Below, piece after piece: positions 8,454 to 18,279 of a stretch of DNA of 64,000 nucleotides. The stretch spans positions 42,270 to 106,269 of the forward strand of contig CALRDH010000002.1 of NCBI GenBank assembly GCA_943354835.1. The letters are read 5' to 3'. The stretch comes from a candidate division WWE3 bacterium (GTDB taxonomy: Bacteria; Patescibacteriota; WWE3; 2-01-FULL-39-13). Positions within the stretch are counted from its first letter, which is position 1; every line of letters begins with the position of its first letter. The translations under genes and the position numbers were made by a program. The notes beneath the pieces were generated by a model. The model ran no database searches. It was not told the origin of the DNA and was given only the letters and a program-made list of their open reading frames with translations.

Positions 8454-9961
8454 AACGAGACATTATCATCTCCAAAGTGCGAAATGTATTGATATAAAGG
8501 GCTAATATGCTGGTTCGAATAGCCTGGATAGCCCCATACCATTCCTGAGGGGAATATCGAACCAAGAAGCACTTTGATCTGGGTAACATTTGATTCCTGA
8601 TATGTTTTTCCAAGATCTGAAAACTTTGCTCTCATAAATTCCACTACGCTTTGGATATTGTATTTGTTCACAAGCTCGTCGTCTTTGGTCATACGAACAG
8701 ATGCTACTTGTTCTTCAATAAGCTTATTTTGCTCCTTAAATACTTCATCACTGTACACACCACTCAAGTTTTTTTGTATTAATGCCTGTCTCATTTCGTA
8801 TAGACGACTCAAATCTACTTCAGCTCGTTCTTTACGAGATTTTAGGTCACTCACTCTCTTATAATAGGTAGTCCTCATCATAGCCAAAAAGGCGTTCAAA
8901 CATTGTTCTGTTGGTGATATTGCTCGTAAATGCTCCACGGTTGAATAATCCATCTCATAGGCTTTAATTGATGGTTCGCCACATCTTTTTCTACAAAAAT
9001 AATATGCATGCTTGTTTTTTCTTCCAGAGCTCCATCCTCCAGTCATGGGCGTACCACATTTCCCACATTTTACGATTCGTCTCAAAGGAAAATCTGGATT
9101 ATTTTGTAGTCTTCTGGGAACAATTGGCAAGTTAGCGCATTTATATCTTCCTGAAATAATATTTTGAACTCTATAAAACATTTCTTCTGTAATCATTGGC
9201 ACATGCTGACCCTTGACCTCTTCTGGATATTTTTCAGAAGTAATGATTCCTGCATAAAACTTATTTTTAAACATTCTACTAAGTGCCTGCATTATTATTT
9301 GATACCGCTTCCCTTTTATAACTTGTCTAACACCACAGGTATTTAAATACTCTGCAACTTCCTTCAATGTAGATTTGCCTGATGCCATCAACTCCCATCC
9401 TCTGCGAACGCTATCCCAATTTTCTGGATCTTTTGTGGCATACCCATCTTTAGAAATGTAGCCAAGTGGTGGTCTACTCGTGCTCAATCCAGACAAGAAC
9501 CGAGCCCGCATGCCGTTTTTGGTTCTCTCGCTTCGAACATCATTATCAAGTTGTGCAAAACCAGCCAGTATTGTTTCTACCAATTTTTCAGTAGGACTAT
9601 CACCAGTCGGTTCAGTTGCAGAGATAAGTGTAATATCGCATTCTGCTAGTTTTTTTCTAATTCCTAAGTAATCAGCTGTTTGCCTAGAAATTCTATCGAG
9701 TCGATAGACAATTACTGCATCAACAGATTTTTTATTCTTTCTGCAATATTCAAGCATTTCAATCAAGACAGGTCTTCCCGTAATGGTCTTTGCTGATTTA
9801 CCCTCTTCACGAAAGGTTTTATTTATTTGGATCCCCCTTCTTTCTGCCTCTTTTGTACAGATCTCCAACTGCGTATCCAATGAAAAATTATCTACCTGTT
9901 CCTCAGTAGACACTCTTAAGTAAATAACTGCTGAGTTTATACTTTTCGGTTCATTCATCAT
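8396..9961 (-). CDS. large serine recombinase (resolvase/invertase catalytic domain, recombinase domain, zinc ribbon)
   Basis: N-terminal AVIYLRVSTEEQ with the catalytic Ser. Also contains RLDRISR and the C-terminal zinc ribbon CGKCGT...CRKRC. The ORF runs through attL into tRNA-Glu on the opposite strand. Confidence 0.85.
   Translation of the reverse strand: MMNEPKSINSAVIYLRVSTEEQVDNFSLDTQLEICTKEAERRGIQINKTFREEGKSAKTITGRPVLIEMLEYCRKNKKSVDAVIVYRLDRISRQTADYLGIRKKLAECDITLISATEPTGDSPTEKLVETILAGFAQLDNDVRSERTKNGMRARFLSGLSTSRPPLGYISKDGYATKDPENWDSVRRGWELMASGKSTLKEVAEYLNTCGVRQVIKGKRYQIIMQALSRMFKNKFYAGIITSEKYPEEVKGQHVPMITEEMFYRVQNIISGRYKCANLPIVPRRLQNNPDFPLRRIVKCGKCGTPMTGGWSSGRKNKHAYYFCRKRCGEPSIKAYEMDYSTVEHLRAISPTEQCLNAFLAMMRTTYYKRVSDLKSRKERAEVDLSRLYEMRQALIQKNLSGVYSDEVFKEQNKLIEEQVASVRMTKDDELVNKYNIQSVVEFMRAKFSDLGKTYQESNVTQIKVLLGSIFPSGMVWGYPGYSNQHISPLYQYISHFGDDNVSFGDPGGNRTRDLLDENQMS
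8445..8531. repeat. attL-like direct repeat: the tRNA-Glu 3' end plus 78 bp
   Basis: The 87 bp are repeated at 36666-36752 with a single mismatch (8497 a versus c). Confidence 0.85.
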
Positions 9962-9963
9962 GT

Positions 9964-10272
9964 TTATTTTCCTTTCAATAAATTTTGTAATGTCATTCCA
10001 CCAAATATTTCCTTTTCAAATTGATCCAACCAAGCATCAATTAAAAATTGAAAATCACTCGTCATGCTCTGGATTTGGTCTTCAGAAAGATGCTCATTAA
10101 GTTCTCCTAAATTCCTGCGGTTTTTCTCAACTTGCGTAACTACTGATTGGATTGGAAAGAGCTTGTCTAGTTGAGAAATTGGTGAACTGATATAGTCTAT
10201 AGATGGATCTTCAACCAATAGTGAGTCAGGAATAGTTGAGGTTTGAAGTTGTGCTGATCTTAAGTATTCCAT
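9964..10272 (-). CDS. hypothetical protein directly upstream of the recombinase; possible directionality or regulatory factor
   Basis: A 102-aa acidic ORF, 2 bp upstream of the recombinase on the same strand. Confidence 0.35.
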   Translation of the reverse strand: MEYLRSAQLQTSTIPDSLLVEDPSIDYISSPISQLDKLFPIQSVVTQVEKNRRNLGELNEHLSEDQIQSMTSDFQFLIDAWLDQFEKEIFGGMTLQNLLKGK

Positions 10273-10365
10273 ATTTATTAACTATATCGATAGAGATAGT
10301 ATATATCCATATCGAGATAGTTGTCAAGTGATTTTTAAGCATAAATCAAAAGGATAATTTGTGTA

Positions 10366-10491
10366 TTTCCCTTTCATTCTTTGACCTAGTTTGTTATACT
10401 CCAAGCAACTATTTTTGCTGGTATATATGGAGTTTTCTTTGTTTTGGCAAACATATTTAGCAAACCCTGACCCACTCATTCTCTTTGGCAT
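10366..10491. repeat. 126-bp direct repeat, copy 1, carrying a truncated copy of the T4CP promoter and 5' end
   Basis: About 93% identical to 11672-11797. It encodes a YMEFSLFWQTYLANPDPLILFG remnant (ORF 10391-10633). Confidence 0.85.
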
Positions 10492-10548
10492 TTGTAAAAG
10501 AAAAATCGTCTCAGATTCTGCCATTTTAGCCCCCGAGCTGTTTCCTCT

Positions 10549-11022
10549 TTGGGCTCGGTTTCTTTCAAGTTGCCAAATTACAGGGTTTTCTATGCTAAAA
10601 TGCTTCGTTATATGGAAATTGAAGATCTACTAGAATCGGGAGATTATTATCGACAAGCGGAGGAGTTCATGCAGAACGTTAACTTATTGGGAACAGAGGA
10701 CGTTCCAGAAGGAATCACAGTGAATGCCTCTGACTTAACCAATGATTTGCTGAATTTTTTGCCTCGTGCTTCGGATGATTTTAAAAAGCAGGGATTACAT
10801 GAAGAAGCAGATGTAATGAGAGTAGCTGATGAGTCACTAAATAGAAAGAATCCAGGTCAACGAAATATTTCCGTTACTATTAGTGGTGGAGAAGAAATAG
10901 CTCGTTGGCAAGTATTTGCTCGAATAAATGACCTCGCAAAAGGATACAGAACTTTTGAAAGAAAGCTATCATATCTAACTTCTGAACAAAGCATATTTAG
11001 AAAATTTAATTTTAGAGATTGA
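10549..11022 (+). CDS. hypothetical protein
   Basis: A 157-aa ORF between the duplicated segments. No recognizable motif. Confidence 0.35.
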   Translation: MGSVSFKLPNYRVFYAKMLRYMEIEDLLESGDYYRQAEEFMQNVNLLGTEDVPEGITVNASDLTNDLLNFLPRASDDFKKQGLHEEADVMRVADESLNRKNPGQRNISVTISGGEEIARWQVFARINDLAKGYRTFERKLSYLTSEQSIFRKFNFRD

Positions 11023-11124
11023 AGTGTTTCAACTAATTATTGGCTAACTTAACAAACACTATCAAAAATTTATTCACCCAAACACAGCTTTACTAAGTGT
11101 TGGTTATACACCTTACCTAACTCA

Positions 11125-11358
11125 TTATTTGTAAAAATCCAAGTAAGAAAGAAGTATTAAAAAGTCATCAAAAAACATAGGACCCTCACACATTCTTTTT
11201 CTTGCTTCCTCACACTTCAAATTAATAGAAATCGTTGAATAACTACTAAAGCAAGCACATCCATCGATGGGTGCATATTTAAAACTACCAGGTGTTAAAT
11301 TCATCCAACCAATCAAGAGTAGAAAAAGTGCAATAATTAAATATGATACATTTTTCAT
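11125..11358 (-). CDS. small secreted Cys-containing peptide (paralog of 11362-11598)
   Basis: An MKN... signal peptide followed by a Cys-containing mature part. Confidence 0.4.
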   Translation of the reverse strand: MKNVSYLIIALFLLLIGWMNLTPGSFKYAPIDGCACFSSYSTISINLKCEEARKRMCEGPMFFDDFLILLSYLDFYK

Positions 11359-11361
11359 AAT

Positions 11362-11598
11362 TTAAAAAAGTAAAATACCTAAAAATAAAACATAATGACC
11401 CTCTTCGCAGTTTACAACCCATCTTCCAAATGGTGCCCACATTACTTGGTAGTCGCAACCCGTCCCACCTTCGTCTGTGCCAATAACACTGTACTGATCA
11501 GTGACTAAAGCATAGTTAGAATCTCTATCCATCCAGGGAGCCCATGCAAACACTATCAAAAACATTAGGGCAACAATTTTAATTACTTTATTTTTCAT
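11362..11598 (-). CDS. small secreted Cys-containing peptide (paralog of 11125-11358)
   Basis: Has a signal peptide. It has the same architecture as its neighbour and sits in tandem with it. Confidence 0.4.
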   Translation of the reverse strand: MKNKVIKIVALMFLIVFAWAPWMDRDSNYALVTDQYSVIGTDEGGTGCDYQVMWAPFGRWVVNCEEGHYVLFLGILLF

Positions 11599-11671
11599 TA
11601 CTGCTAATTATAATGGTCCTGTTGTATAAATCAAAGTTTAAATGTTTGTCGCGTGTGTAATTAAGAAAGCT

Positions 11672-11797
11672 TTTCCCTTTCATTCTTTGACCTACTTTGT
11701 TATACTCCTAGCAACTATTTTTGCTGGTATATATGGAGTTTTCTTACTTTTGGCAAACATATTTAACAAACCCTGACCCACTCATTCTCTTTGGCAT
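11672..11797. repeat. 126-bp direct repeat, copy 2 (the functional T4CP promoter and start)
   Basis: It matches 10366-10491. It contains TTGACC and an extended -10 (TGtTATACT). Confidence 0.85.
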
Positions 11798-14351
11798 ATT
11801 GGGAAGTATTTTCGTGTCTCTTATCCTTGTATTTACAGCGTTAGCGACTGTTGCAATTCTTCTCAAGATCAAGCGTACTCGAAGACTGCTAGAAACACCG
11901 CACACCTACCTTGAGGTAAAACCAACTGATAGAACTCTTAAAACAACACTTACCAACACGAAGCTTTTTGAAATTTTGCACTCTCTGGAAAAACCCTACA
12001 CTTGGTGGGATAAGCTATTGGGTTTTACTAAGCCTGTAAGCTACGAGCTTGTTTCAAGCAAGTACGAGGGTATTCGCTTTATTCTTCGGATTGCTACAGA
12101 AGACGCTTCAAGTATTAAAAAAACACTACTCGCATATCTACCTGGCATAGAGATTAAAAAAACAGACGACTACCTACCTAGTACTACCGACAAACCATAC
12201 GCAATTGAAGAACTAACCCTGAGTAATTCTTTTATTTATCCACTTTCAGAACAGCCACAATTACAGCAGTATGACCCGCTTGCGTATCTGACAGGGTACC
12301 TTACTAAGCTCAACGACTCAGAGCTTATTGCCCTGCAATTTATTTGTACTCCTGTACACACAGCAACGCACAAAAAAATCCTCCAGAAGATTGCAGATCT
12401 ACAGAAAAAAATCCTAAGTAACGAAAGTGCAGATCACATTCTTTCGAAGCATACAGGCTCAGACATCATCAGCTTGCTTGGAAGACTTCTGGCTTTTATC
12501 ATCCTCACCCCTGTAACACTGCTTTCTTGGGTTCTTGGTAACACAAGGCAAGTATTTCCAACTTGGCTTTTTGAAGCACCAATCACCAAACCACTACAAT
12601 CTGGACAAGCAAAAAATGACCTATTGCAAACGATATCCACTAAAATTAATCAGCCACTTTTTGAAGTCACCATTCGTGTGTACATCCAATCGGACACAAA
12701 ACCACAAGAACGATTCAAGGGTATTCTTGCGTCATTTGAATCCTTTGCCACACCGCACCAAACAATATATAGAAAGAAGACAGTCTTTACCTATATTCAC
12801 ACTCCACTGTTGCAAAAATTGCAGTATTTTCTTTTGCAAAACCGCCTGTCACTTTTCTCAAGCCCACTATTTTTATCCGCACTGGAATTAGCAGGTTTGT
12901 ATCATCTACCTCATGTGCTCAACACCAAAACTGAAGACTTACTGCAAGTCAAAAGCCCAAAACTTCCAGCGCCACTGTCTCTTAAAAAAAACAGATCAGA
13001 ATTTGACATATCGTTTGCCACAAATTCGTATGGAGAAACAATCACCCCAATTGGCGTGACTCTCGAGGAGCGTAGGCGACACACCTATATCATTGGTGCA
13101 ACAGGTACAGGTAAAACCACACTTTTATTACAGATGATTTACCAAGATATATGCAAGGGCAATGGTCTAGCAGTTATTGATCCACATGGAGACTTAGCAG
13201 AGCGGTTGATTGGAGTTATTCCAGAAGAGCGCGTCAAAGATGTTGTCTACTTTAACCCCTACGATATTGAATTTCCCATTGGTCTTAATGTACTTGAGAT
13301 TCCAGAAGGGCTTTCAGAAGTCGAGCTACAGCGAGAAAAGGACTTTATTACCTCAACACTCATATCTATCTTTCATAAACTGTATGACGCACGATATTCT
13401 GGGCCAAGAATGGAACACATCTTGCGCAATGTAATTTTAACGGCACTCGAGCAAGATAAGCCAACACTTTTTACTATCTATGATCTCTTAACCAACATGA
13501 ACTATCGCAAGCAGGTAACAAGCAAACTTACCGATGAAGTTCTGAAATCGTTCTGGAAAAATGAGTTTGAAAAGCTTGGTAGTTTTCAAAAGGCAGAGCA
13601 AATCTCACCTATCACCAATAAACTTGGCAGGTTTTTAACAACCAGCATGACGCGCAATATCTTGAACCAGAGCGAGAGCAAACTTGATTTTGAAGACATT
13701 ATGAATAACAAAAAGATCTTGATTTGCAACCTCTCAAAAGGAAAAATAGGAGAAGACACAGCCTACTTCCTTGGCGGGCTTTTTACTGCCAAAATACAGC
13801 TGACAGCACTAAGAAGAGTACATATAAAAGAATCAGAACGCCCAGACTTTTTCTTGTATATCGATGAGTTTCAGAATTTTGCCACCATGTCGTTTGCTCA
13901 AATTCTATCTGAGGCACGAAAGTATCGATTAAGCGTTATTCTGGCACATCAAAACACGGTACAGATTGAGCCTGACTTACTGGAAACAATTATCGGAAAT
14001 ACTGGTACGCTGATATGCTTTAGAACCACAAGTCCAAAAGATGAGGTCAAACTACTTCCAGTGTTTGCGCCAGAAGTTGAGATAGGGCAGATCCCAAACC
14101 TACCCTCATACAACTTTTATATGAAGATCAATGCGCTCCAACCTCAGGCAACCTTTAGTGGAGAGATTGAAAACTTTGTGATTGCAGATACTGAGCAAAT
14201 AAGGGCAGAAGTAATGACTCACTCACAGCAAACCTATGGAAACGAACGATCAACAATTACTCTTTCAAAGGAAACACAGAAAGAGAAAAAGACCCAAAAG
14301 ACTGTAAAAGAAGCTCCGAGTACTGAGAACTTTTTCGAGCAGGTGAAATAG
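11721..14351 (+). CDS. type IV secretion coupling protein-like ATPase (VirD4/TraG/TraD family, TraG-D_C type)
   Basis: N-terminal TM helix. Walker A IIGATGTGKTT, VIDPHGDL, Walker B FFLYIDEFQNF, and ARKYRLSVILAHQN. 876 aa. Confidence 0.75.
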   Translation: MLVYMEFSYFWQTYLTNPDPLILFGILGSIFVSLILVFTALATVAILLKIKRTRRLLETPHTYLEVKPTDRTLKTTLTNTKLFEILHSLEKPYTWWDKLLGFTKPVSYELVSSKYEGIRFILRIATEDASSIKKTLLAYLPGIEIKKTDDYLPSTTDKPYAIEELTLSNSFIYPLSEQPQLQQYDPLAYLTGYLTKLNDSELIALQFICTPVHTATHKKILQKIADLQKKILSNESADHILSKHTGSDIISLLGRLLAFIILTPVTLLSWVLGNTRQVFPTWLFEAPITKPLQSGQAKNDLLQTISTKINQPLFEVTIRVYIQSDTKPQERFKGILASFESFATPHQTIYRKKTVFTYIHTPLLQKLQYFLLQNRLSLFSSPLFLSALELAGLYHLPHVLNTKTEDLLQVKSPKLPAPLSLKKNRSEFDISFATNSYGETITPIGVTLEERRRHTYIIGATGTGKTTLLLQMIYQDICKGNGLAVIDPHGDLAERLIGVIPEERVKDVVYFNPYDIEFPIGLNVLEIPEGLSEVELQREKDFITSTLISIFHKLYDARYSGPRMEHILRNVILTALEQDKPTLFTIYDLLTNMNYRKQVTSKLTDEVLKSFWKNEFEKLGSFQKAEQISPITNKLGRFLTTSMTRNILNQSESKLDFEDIMNNKKILICNLSKGKIGEDTAYFLGGLFTAKIQLTALRRVHIKESERPDFFLYIDEFQNFATMSFAQILSEARKYRLSVILAHQNTVQIEPDLLETIIGNTGTLICFRTTSPKDEVKLLPVFAPEVEIGQIPNLPSYNFYMKINALQPQATFSGEIENFVIADTEQIRAEVMTHSQQTYGNERSTITLSKETQKEKKTQKTVKEAPSTENFFEQVK

Positions 14352-14364
14352 ATTAAAATAAGTA

Positions 14365-14625
14365 ATGACTAAATTTATATTATCGATTCTTTTGGGCATA
14401 ATAGTCGCATTTCTATATGAGAATGTAGCAAGAATTTTCGGTACCAAAGTTTTACATAAAACCGAGCTAGTCATTTGGGGATTCAAACTACACCATAGTC
14501 TTTATGGACTAATATCCTTTGCAATTTACGGCATAAACAGGGATATATTTTTCCTTGGGTTTGGTATTGGAATAATACTGCAACATTCTCTTACTGATGG
14601 GTTCAGATTCATTCAAAAAATATAG
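14365..14625 (+). CDS. small membrane protein
   Basis: An 86-aa ORF with two hydrophobic helices. Confidence 0.3.
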   Translation: MTKFILSILLGIIVAFLYENVARIFGTKVLHKTELVIWGFKLHHSLYGLISFAIYGINRDIFFLGFGIGIILQHSLTDGFRFIQKI

Positions 14626-14683
14626 TTCCAAAAACACCCCAGCCGATTATGAATTTTTTTTTATTTTCTGTCATAATAAAAAC

Positions 14684-15640
14684 ATGTTTTTCTACAATGT
14701 AATAACAGAATTGGTAGCTTCACAGATTTTGTTTCTTGCGCTACTTGAAATAATCTCCTTATTAATAGCAATTTTTGTTTTCAAAATAAGGATATCTTCA
14801 AAAATTATTTTATACAGCGCAATTATTGCTTTTATTCTTTCATTGTTAAGTGTAGTTGTCGTGCGTGGCAACTACGGTGGTATGGCATACCATGAAAGAT
14901 TTGGTTGGCCATTTCAGTACCACAATGTATCGAGAGATATGGAGGGCAGTAAGGTAGCTATTCCATATCAAACAAATTTTGACTCCCTAAGATTTTTTAC
15001 AAATACCGTATTCTGGTGGTTTATTTCCCTTATCTCATTAGTTGTTAGCGTTAATAAGAAAAAAAATATGAAAGCCTCATATTTTTTAGCAATTGCACTG
15101 TTGGTATTTATTTCAATAACTTTACTATTTTCCTATAAAAATCATTTGGGTGAAAAAGAGCTGAATACTGGGGAGCCTTCGGTTAAAACAAACGGTGCTG
15201 CTGAGTATCAAAATAGTAGCAACGAAACAAATATCTGCATTTCTATTTTTTCTGGCATGCCTGATCCTTGCGTGGATCTAACGGAAGAACAAACCGTTGC
15301 CCTTGTTGAAAAAATTGAATCGTTACCAAAGGCAGACAACAGTGCATATATTCCAGATATTGGGCTGGGTTACAGAGGAATAACCGGAAACCTTGCTAAT
15401 AACTTGGATTTAAGTACTGATAAATCATTTATAGAGTTTCATGTCTTTGATGGACTAGTAGCATATAACCCCAATCAAAAGGCTATTATTAGCTCAATGA
15501 GCTATACAGATAAACATAATCCTAACTTGGTTTATAAAGTTGACGAAAATCGTGAATTGGAAAAATGGCTTATTAGTTTGATTGCTGTTGACGCAAAAAC
15601 ACAGAAGCTTGTAGAAGAACTACTTCAAGAATTAAAATGA
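14684..15640 (+). CDS. membrane protein, unknown; possible transfer-apparatus component
   Basis: Multiple TM helices with a soluble C-terminal domain. The track ORF starts at 14597. It lies inside the island operon after the T4CP. Confidence 0.4.
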   Translation: MFFYNVITELVASQILFLALLEIISLLIAIFVFKIRISSKIILYSAIIAFILSLLSVVVVRGNYGGMAYHERFGWPFQYHNVSRDMEGSKVAIPYQTNFDSLRFFTNTVFWWFISLISLVVSVNKKKNMKASYFLAIALLVFISITLLFSYKNHLGEKELNTGEPSVKTNGAAEYQNSSNETNICISIFSGMPDPCVDLTEEQTVALVEKIESLPKADNSAYIPDIGLGYRGITGNLANNLDLSTDKSFIEFHVFDGLVAYNPNQKAIISSMSYTDKHNPNLVYKVDENRELEKWLISLIAVDAKTQKLVEELLQELK

Positions 15641-15647
15641 AAAATAT

Positions 15648-16442
15648 ATGAACAAAAAATATTTATTTATTGTAGTTGTAGTGCTATTTCTTCTAATTGC
15701 CTTTATTTCTTGGGGGATTCATGACCTTAACACTAAGGGAGAAGATTATAGTAACTATGTTAAGGAGAACTACTCAAATATCACAGGAAAAATCATTAGA
15801 ATTGGCGACGAGGATAAAAACATAGCCCTGAAAAAACTAAAGAAGATAGGAGCCACAGATATAAATTTAGCTGTAGCGAGCTACTCAGAAAATTCTGATC
15901 CTAAATATTACCTTCTATACGATCTAAGTGGAATTTATGACGAGGAACTTTTAGCACTTGACCCAGACAATATAGCTGGCAGATGTATCGATATGTTCGC
16001 ACTACCCGACACGAAAAAAGACTCAGTTCCAAATACATATGCCGATGGCATTCAAATATTGTTTATAGATACATACAAAATCCTTGAAAACACTGACTGT
16101 TATGCAAATAGTATTCAAACTAACCCTATTTATACTGAATACGAAAATCTTATAACTATTACAGCTAAAATTAAAAGTGCGACAAGGCCAGCCTATGATA
16201 TAGCTTATGATTACAAAATAGTTATGACTTACGATGAGGCTAAGAGTTATGGGTATGGTGACTCATCTGGTCGTGAAAAAGAGAGTTCCGACATAGTGGA
16301 AATACCCATTACAACTAAGAATCTTGATATTCTAGAAAAACTTGAGGAAACAAAACGTACAAATGCTATAATAAAATTAGAAGGTGTTTTGGAGTGGGGA
16401 TATGCTGAGTCAATGGTTTTTAATGTAATATCGATTGAATAA
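15648..16442 (+). CDS. secreted or membrane-anchored hypothetical protein
   Basis: N-terminal signal or TM helix, 264 aa, no motif. Confidence 0.4.
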   Translation: MNKKYLFIVVVVLFLLIAFISWGIHDLNTKGEDYSNYVKENYSNITGKIIRIGDEDKNIALKKLKKIGATDINLAVASYSENSDPKYYLLYDLSGIYDEELLALDPDNIAGRCIDMFALPDTKKDSVPNTYADGIQILFIDTYKILENTDCYANSIQTNPIYTEYENLITITAKIKSATRPAYDIAYDYKIVMTYDEAKSYGYGDSSGREKESSDIVEIPITTKNLDILEKLEETKRTNAIIKLEGVLEWGYAESMVFNVISIE

Positions 16443-16453
16443 AAGAAAAATAT

Positions 16454-16813
16454 ATGAAAATAAAAAAAATTGTTATCTTCGGAGTAGCCATAGTGTTGTT
16501 AGGTGTCTTTTTACCACGCATCATTAGTGGCTCTGGAGTACGCGGATACCATGGTGAAGAAGAAGTATTTGCACGATTTGCTATGAAACAGACCGAACTA
16601 GCACTTGGCGGCTCCCTTGAGCCTTTACTAATACCAGGTATGTACGTAGCAAGTATTAAACAACTATCCCCTGAAAGTACGTCTTGTGCCTATGAACCAT
16701 TTCTTGTGGAACATAAATACGAGGCAACTGTACGATTAGTATCTTGGTTTGGTATTCCCTATGGAAAAATCGAAATTGACTGCGAAGGGGCAAGTTCAGT
16801 CGAACGCTTCTAG
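16454..16813 (+). CDS. small secreted hypothetical protein
   Basis: A signal peptide, 119 aa, two Cys. Confidence 0.4.
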   Translation: MKIKKIVIFGVAIVLLGVFLPRIISGSGVRGYHGEEEVFARFAMKQTELALGGSLEPLLIPGMYVASIKQLSPESTSCAYEPFLVEHKYEATVRLVSWFGIPYGKIEIDCEGASSVERF

Positions 16814-16856
16814 AAAATTTCACTCTGATTACATTGCATCACCTTACATCCAAAAT

Positions 16857-16888
16857 CACCCTAGCCGACTAGGGTATATCTTTTTTTC
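16857..16888 (+). terminator. Rho-independent terminator
   Basis: A caccctag-ccga-ctagggt hairpin followed by ATATCTTTTTTT. Confidence 0.6.
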
Positions 16889-17013
16889 TTTTTGCCTTGC
16901 ATACGCTATAATTATGGTAAGTTTGTAGTCTCTTTATCTTATAAATAAGAAAGAAACTTATTTCCTCACATATATAATATATGGGAGGATAGAGGTGGGT
17001 AACTCAATAACCT

Positions 17014-17694
17014 ATGCTACTACCTACAATTACTAATAAACAAAAAGAAATACTTCACTATCTCTATAGATTCAGATTCCTCAACCGTATTCAAATTCAA
17101 TCACTCCTCAATCACAAAGACCCAAAAAATACCAATGTCTGGCTCAAAGATCTTACAACCAAAAACTACACTGGCAAAATCTTCGAAAGAACACCGGGAA
17201 TAAATAAACCAGCACTGTATTACCTTACAAATAACGGAATCAAGTTTTTTAGCTCTGCCGAGGGAGCGGATAAGAAACGATTAAGAAAACTGTATCAAGA
17301 GAAAAGAAGATCTCAAGGCTTCATTGATCAGTGCGTACTCATTGCAGATATATACCTCAAGCTGAAAGCTCAAAATCTACAAGACTTCAAACTGTACACA
17401 CAAGCAGACTTGCCAACAAACTCAGTCATCCGTGATCTTTTACCAAGCTTTGCCTATGTCTACTCAAAAGATGCCAAACTACAGCATCACACTTGCGAGA
17501 TCATTAAAGACGGCACGCCACGGTTTGCCATTCGCTCAAGAATTAACCAATACATTGAGTTTTTTAAAGATCAACCAACCATGCAGATTGTGTTTGTCTG
17601 CCAGTCGCAAAAAATTCTTGCCTTTGTTCAAAAATTCATAGAAAAAATTTCTGAAGAAAGCGAATTGCAAAATATTCATGTAACAAATATATAA
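17014..17694 (+). CDS. replication-relaxation (Replic_Relax)-like protein; candidate DNA-processing protein of the element
   Basis: N-terminal KQKEILHYLYRFRFLNRIQIQSLL resembles PF13814. 226 aa. Assignment is tentative. Confidence 0.35.
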   Translation: MLLPTITNKQKEILHYLYRFRFLNRIQIQSLLNHKDPKNTNVWLKDLTTKNYTGKIFERTPGINKPALYYLTNNGIKFFSSAEGADKKRLRKLYQEKRRSQGFIDQCVLIADIYLKLKAQNLQDFKLYTQADLPTNSVIRDLLPSFAYVYSKDAKLQHHTCEIIKDGTPRFAIRSRINQYIEFFKDQPTMQIVFVCQSQKILAFVQKFIEKISEESELQNIHVTNI

Positions 17695-17702
17695 TTAGAA
17701 AA

Positions 17703-18056
17703 ATGAAACCTAACACAAAAGAAAAAATTCATATCCTGTGGAAACAAGTTTTAATACTTCTTGGTATTTTTCTTGTTTTACATTTTTTAAAAGACATTAC
17801 TCAAGATGTATTAAAAATACAAACACCACTCGATTACATGGGCGATATTAAAGAAGATGCATCCTCACTCCCCAGTTGGCTACAAGCAATTTACTTTGCA
17901 TTATGGATACTAGCAACCATAGTGCAACCTCTCATGGTGTACTTCATTTTTAAAACATGGAAGCACAATACCTTTAACAGAAACGACAAGATCATTGTTT
18001 ACCTATTGTGCTATTTCCTAGCAATGATGATTTGGGCATTTACTCTGACTCTTTGA
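17703..18056 (+). CDS. small membrane protein
   Basis: Three hydrophobic helices, 117 aa. Confidence 0.35.
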   Translation: MKPNTKEKIHILWKQVLILLGIFLVLHFLKDITQDVLKIQTPLDYMGDIKEDASSLPSWLQAIYFALWILATIVQPLMVYFIFKTWKHNTFNRNDKIIVYLLCYFLAMMIWAFTLTL

Positions 18057-18279
18057 GTATCTCGTGCCCTCGCTCCATGATCTTGTTGACCAACACGGTC
18101 ACAACTCCTTGCAAGTCACTAGTTGTAAACTCGTCACTCGTTTCTATCAGTTCCAAAATCTCACTTTCAAATGGTTCAGTTAGTAATGGGTTTATCATAT
18201 TTTTTATATCCTTTAACTACTAATAATAATCTGTAACTAAATCCGCAGGTAGCTTTCACTACCCACGGATTAGTATAAT

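Noticed and set aside
8368-8613. 81-aa minus-strand ORF covering tRNA-Glu and the attL repeat
   Set aside because: It lies entirely over a tRNA gene and an att repeat, and there is no coding signal. It is a spurious ORF.
16900-16960. TTGCCT ... TATAAT promoter-like string upstream of 17014
   Set aside because: The spacer between the hexamers is about 9 nt, not 16-18, so this is not a credible sigma70 promoter.
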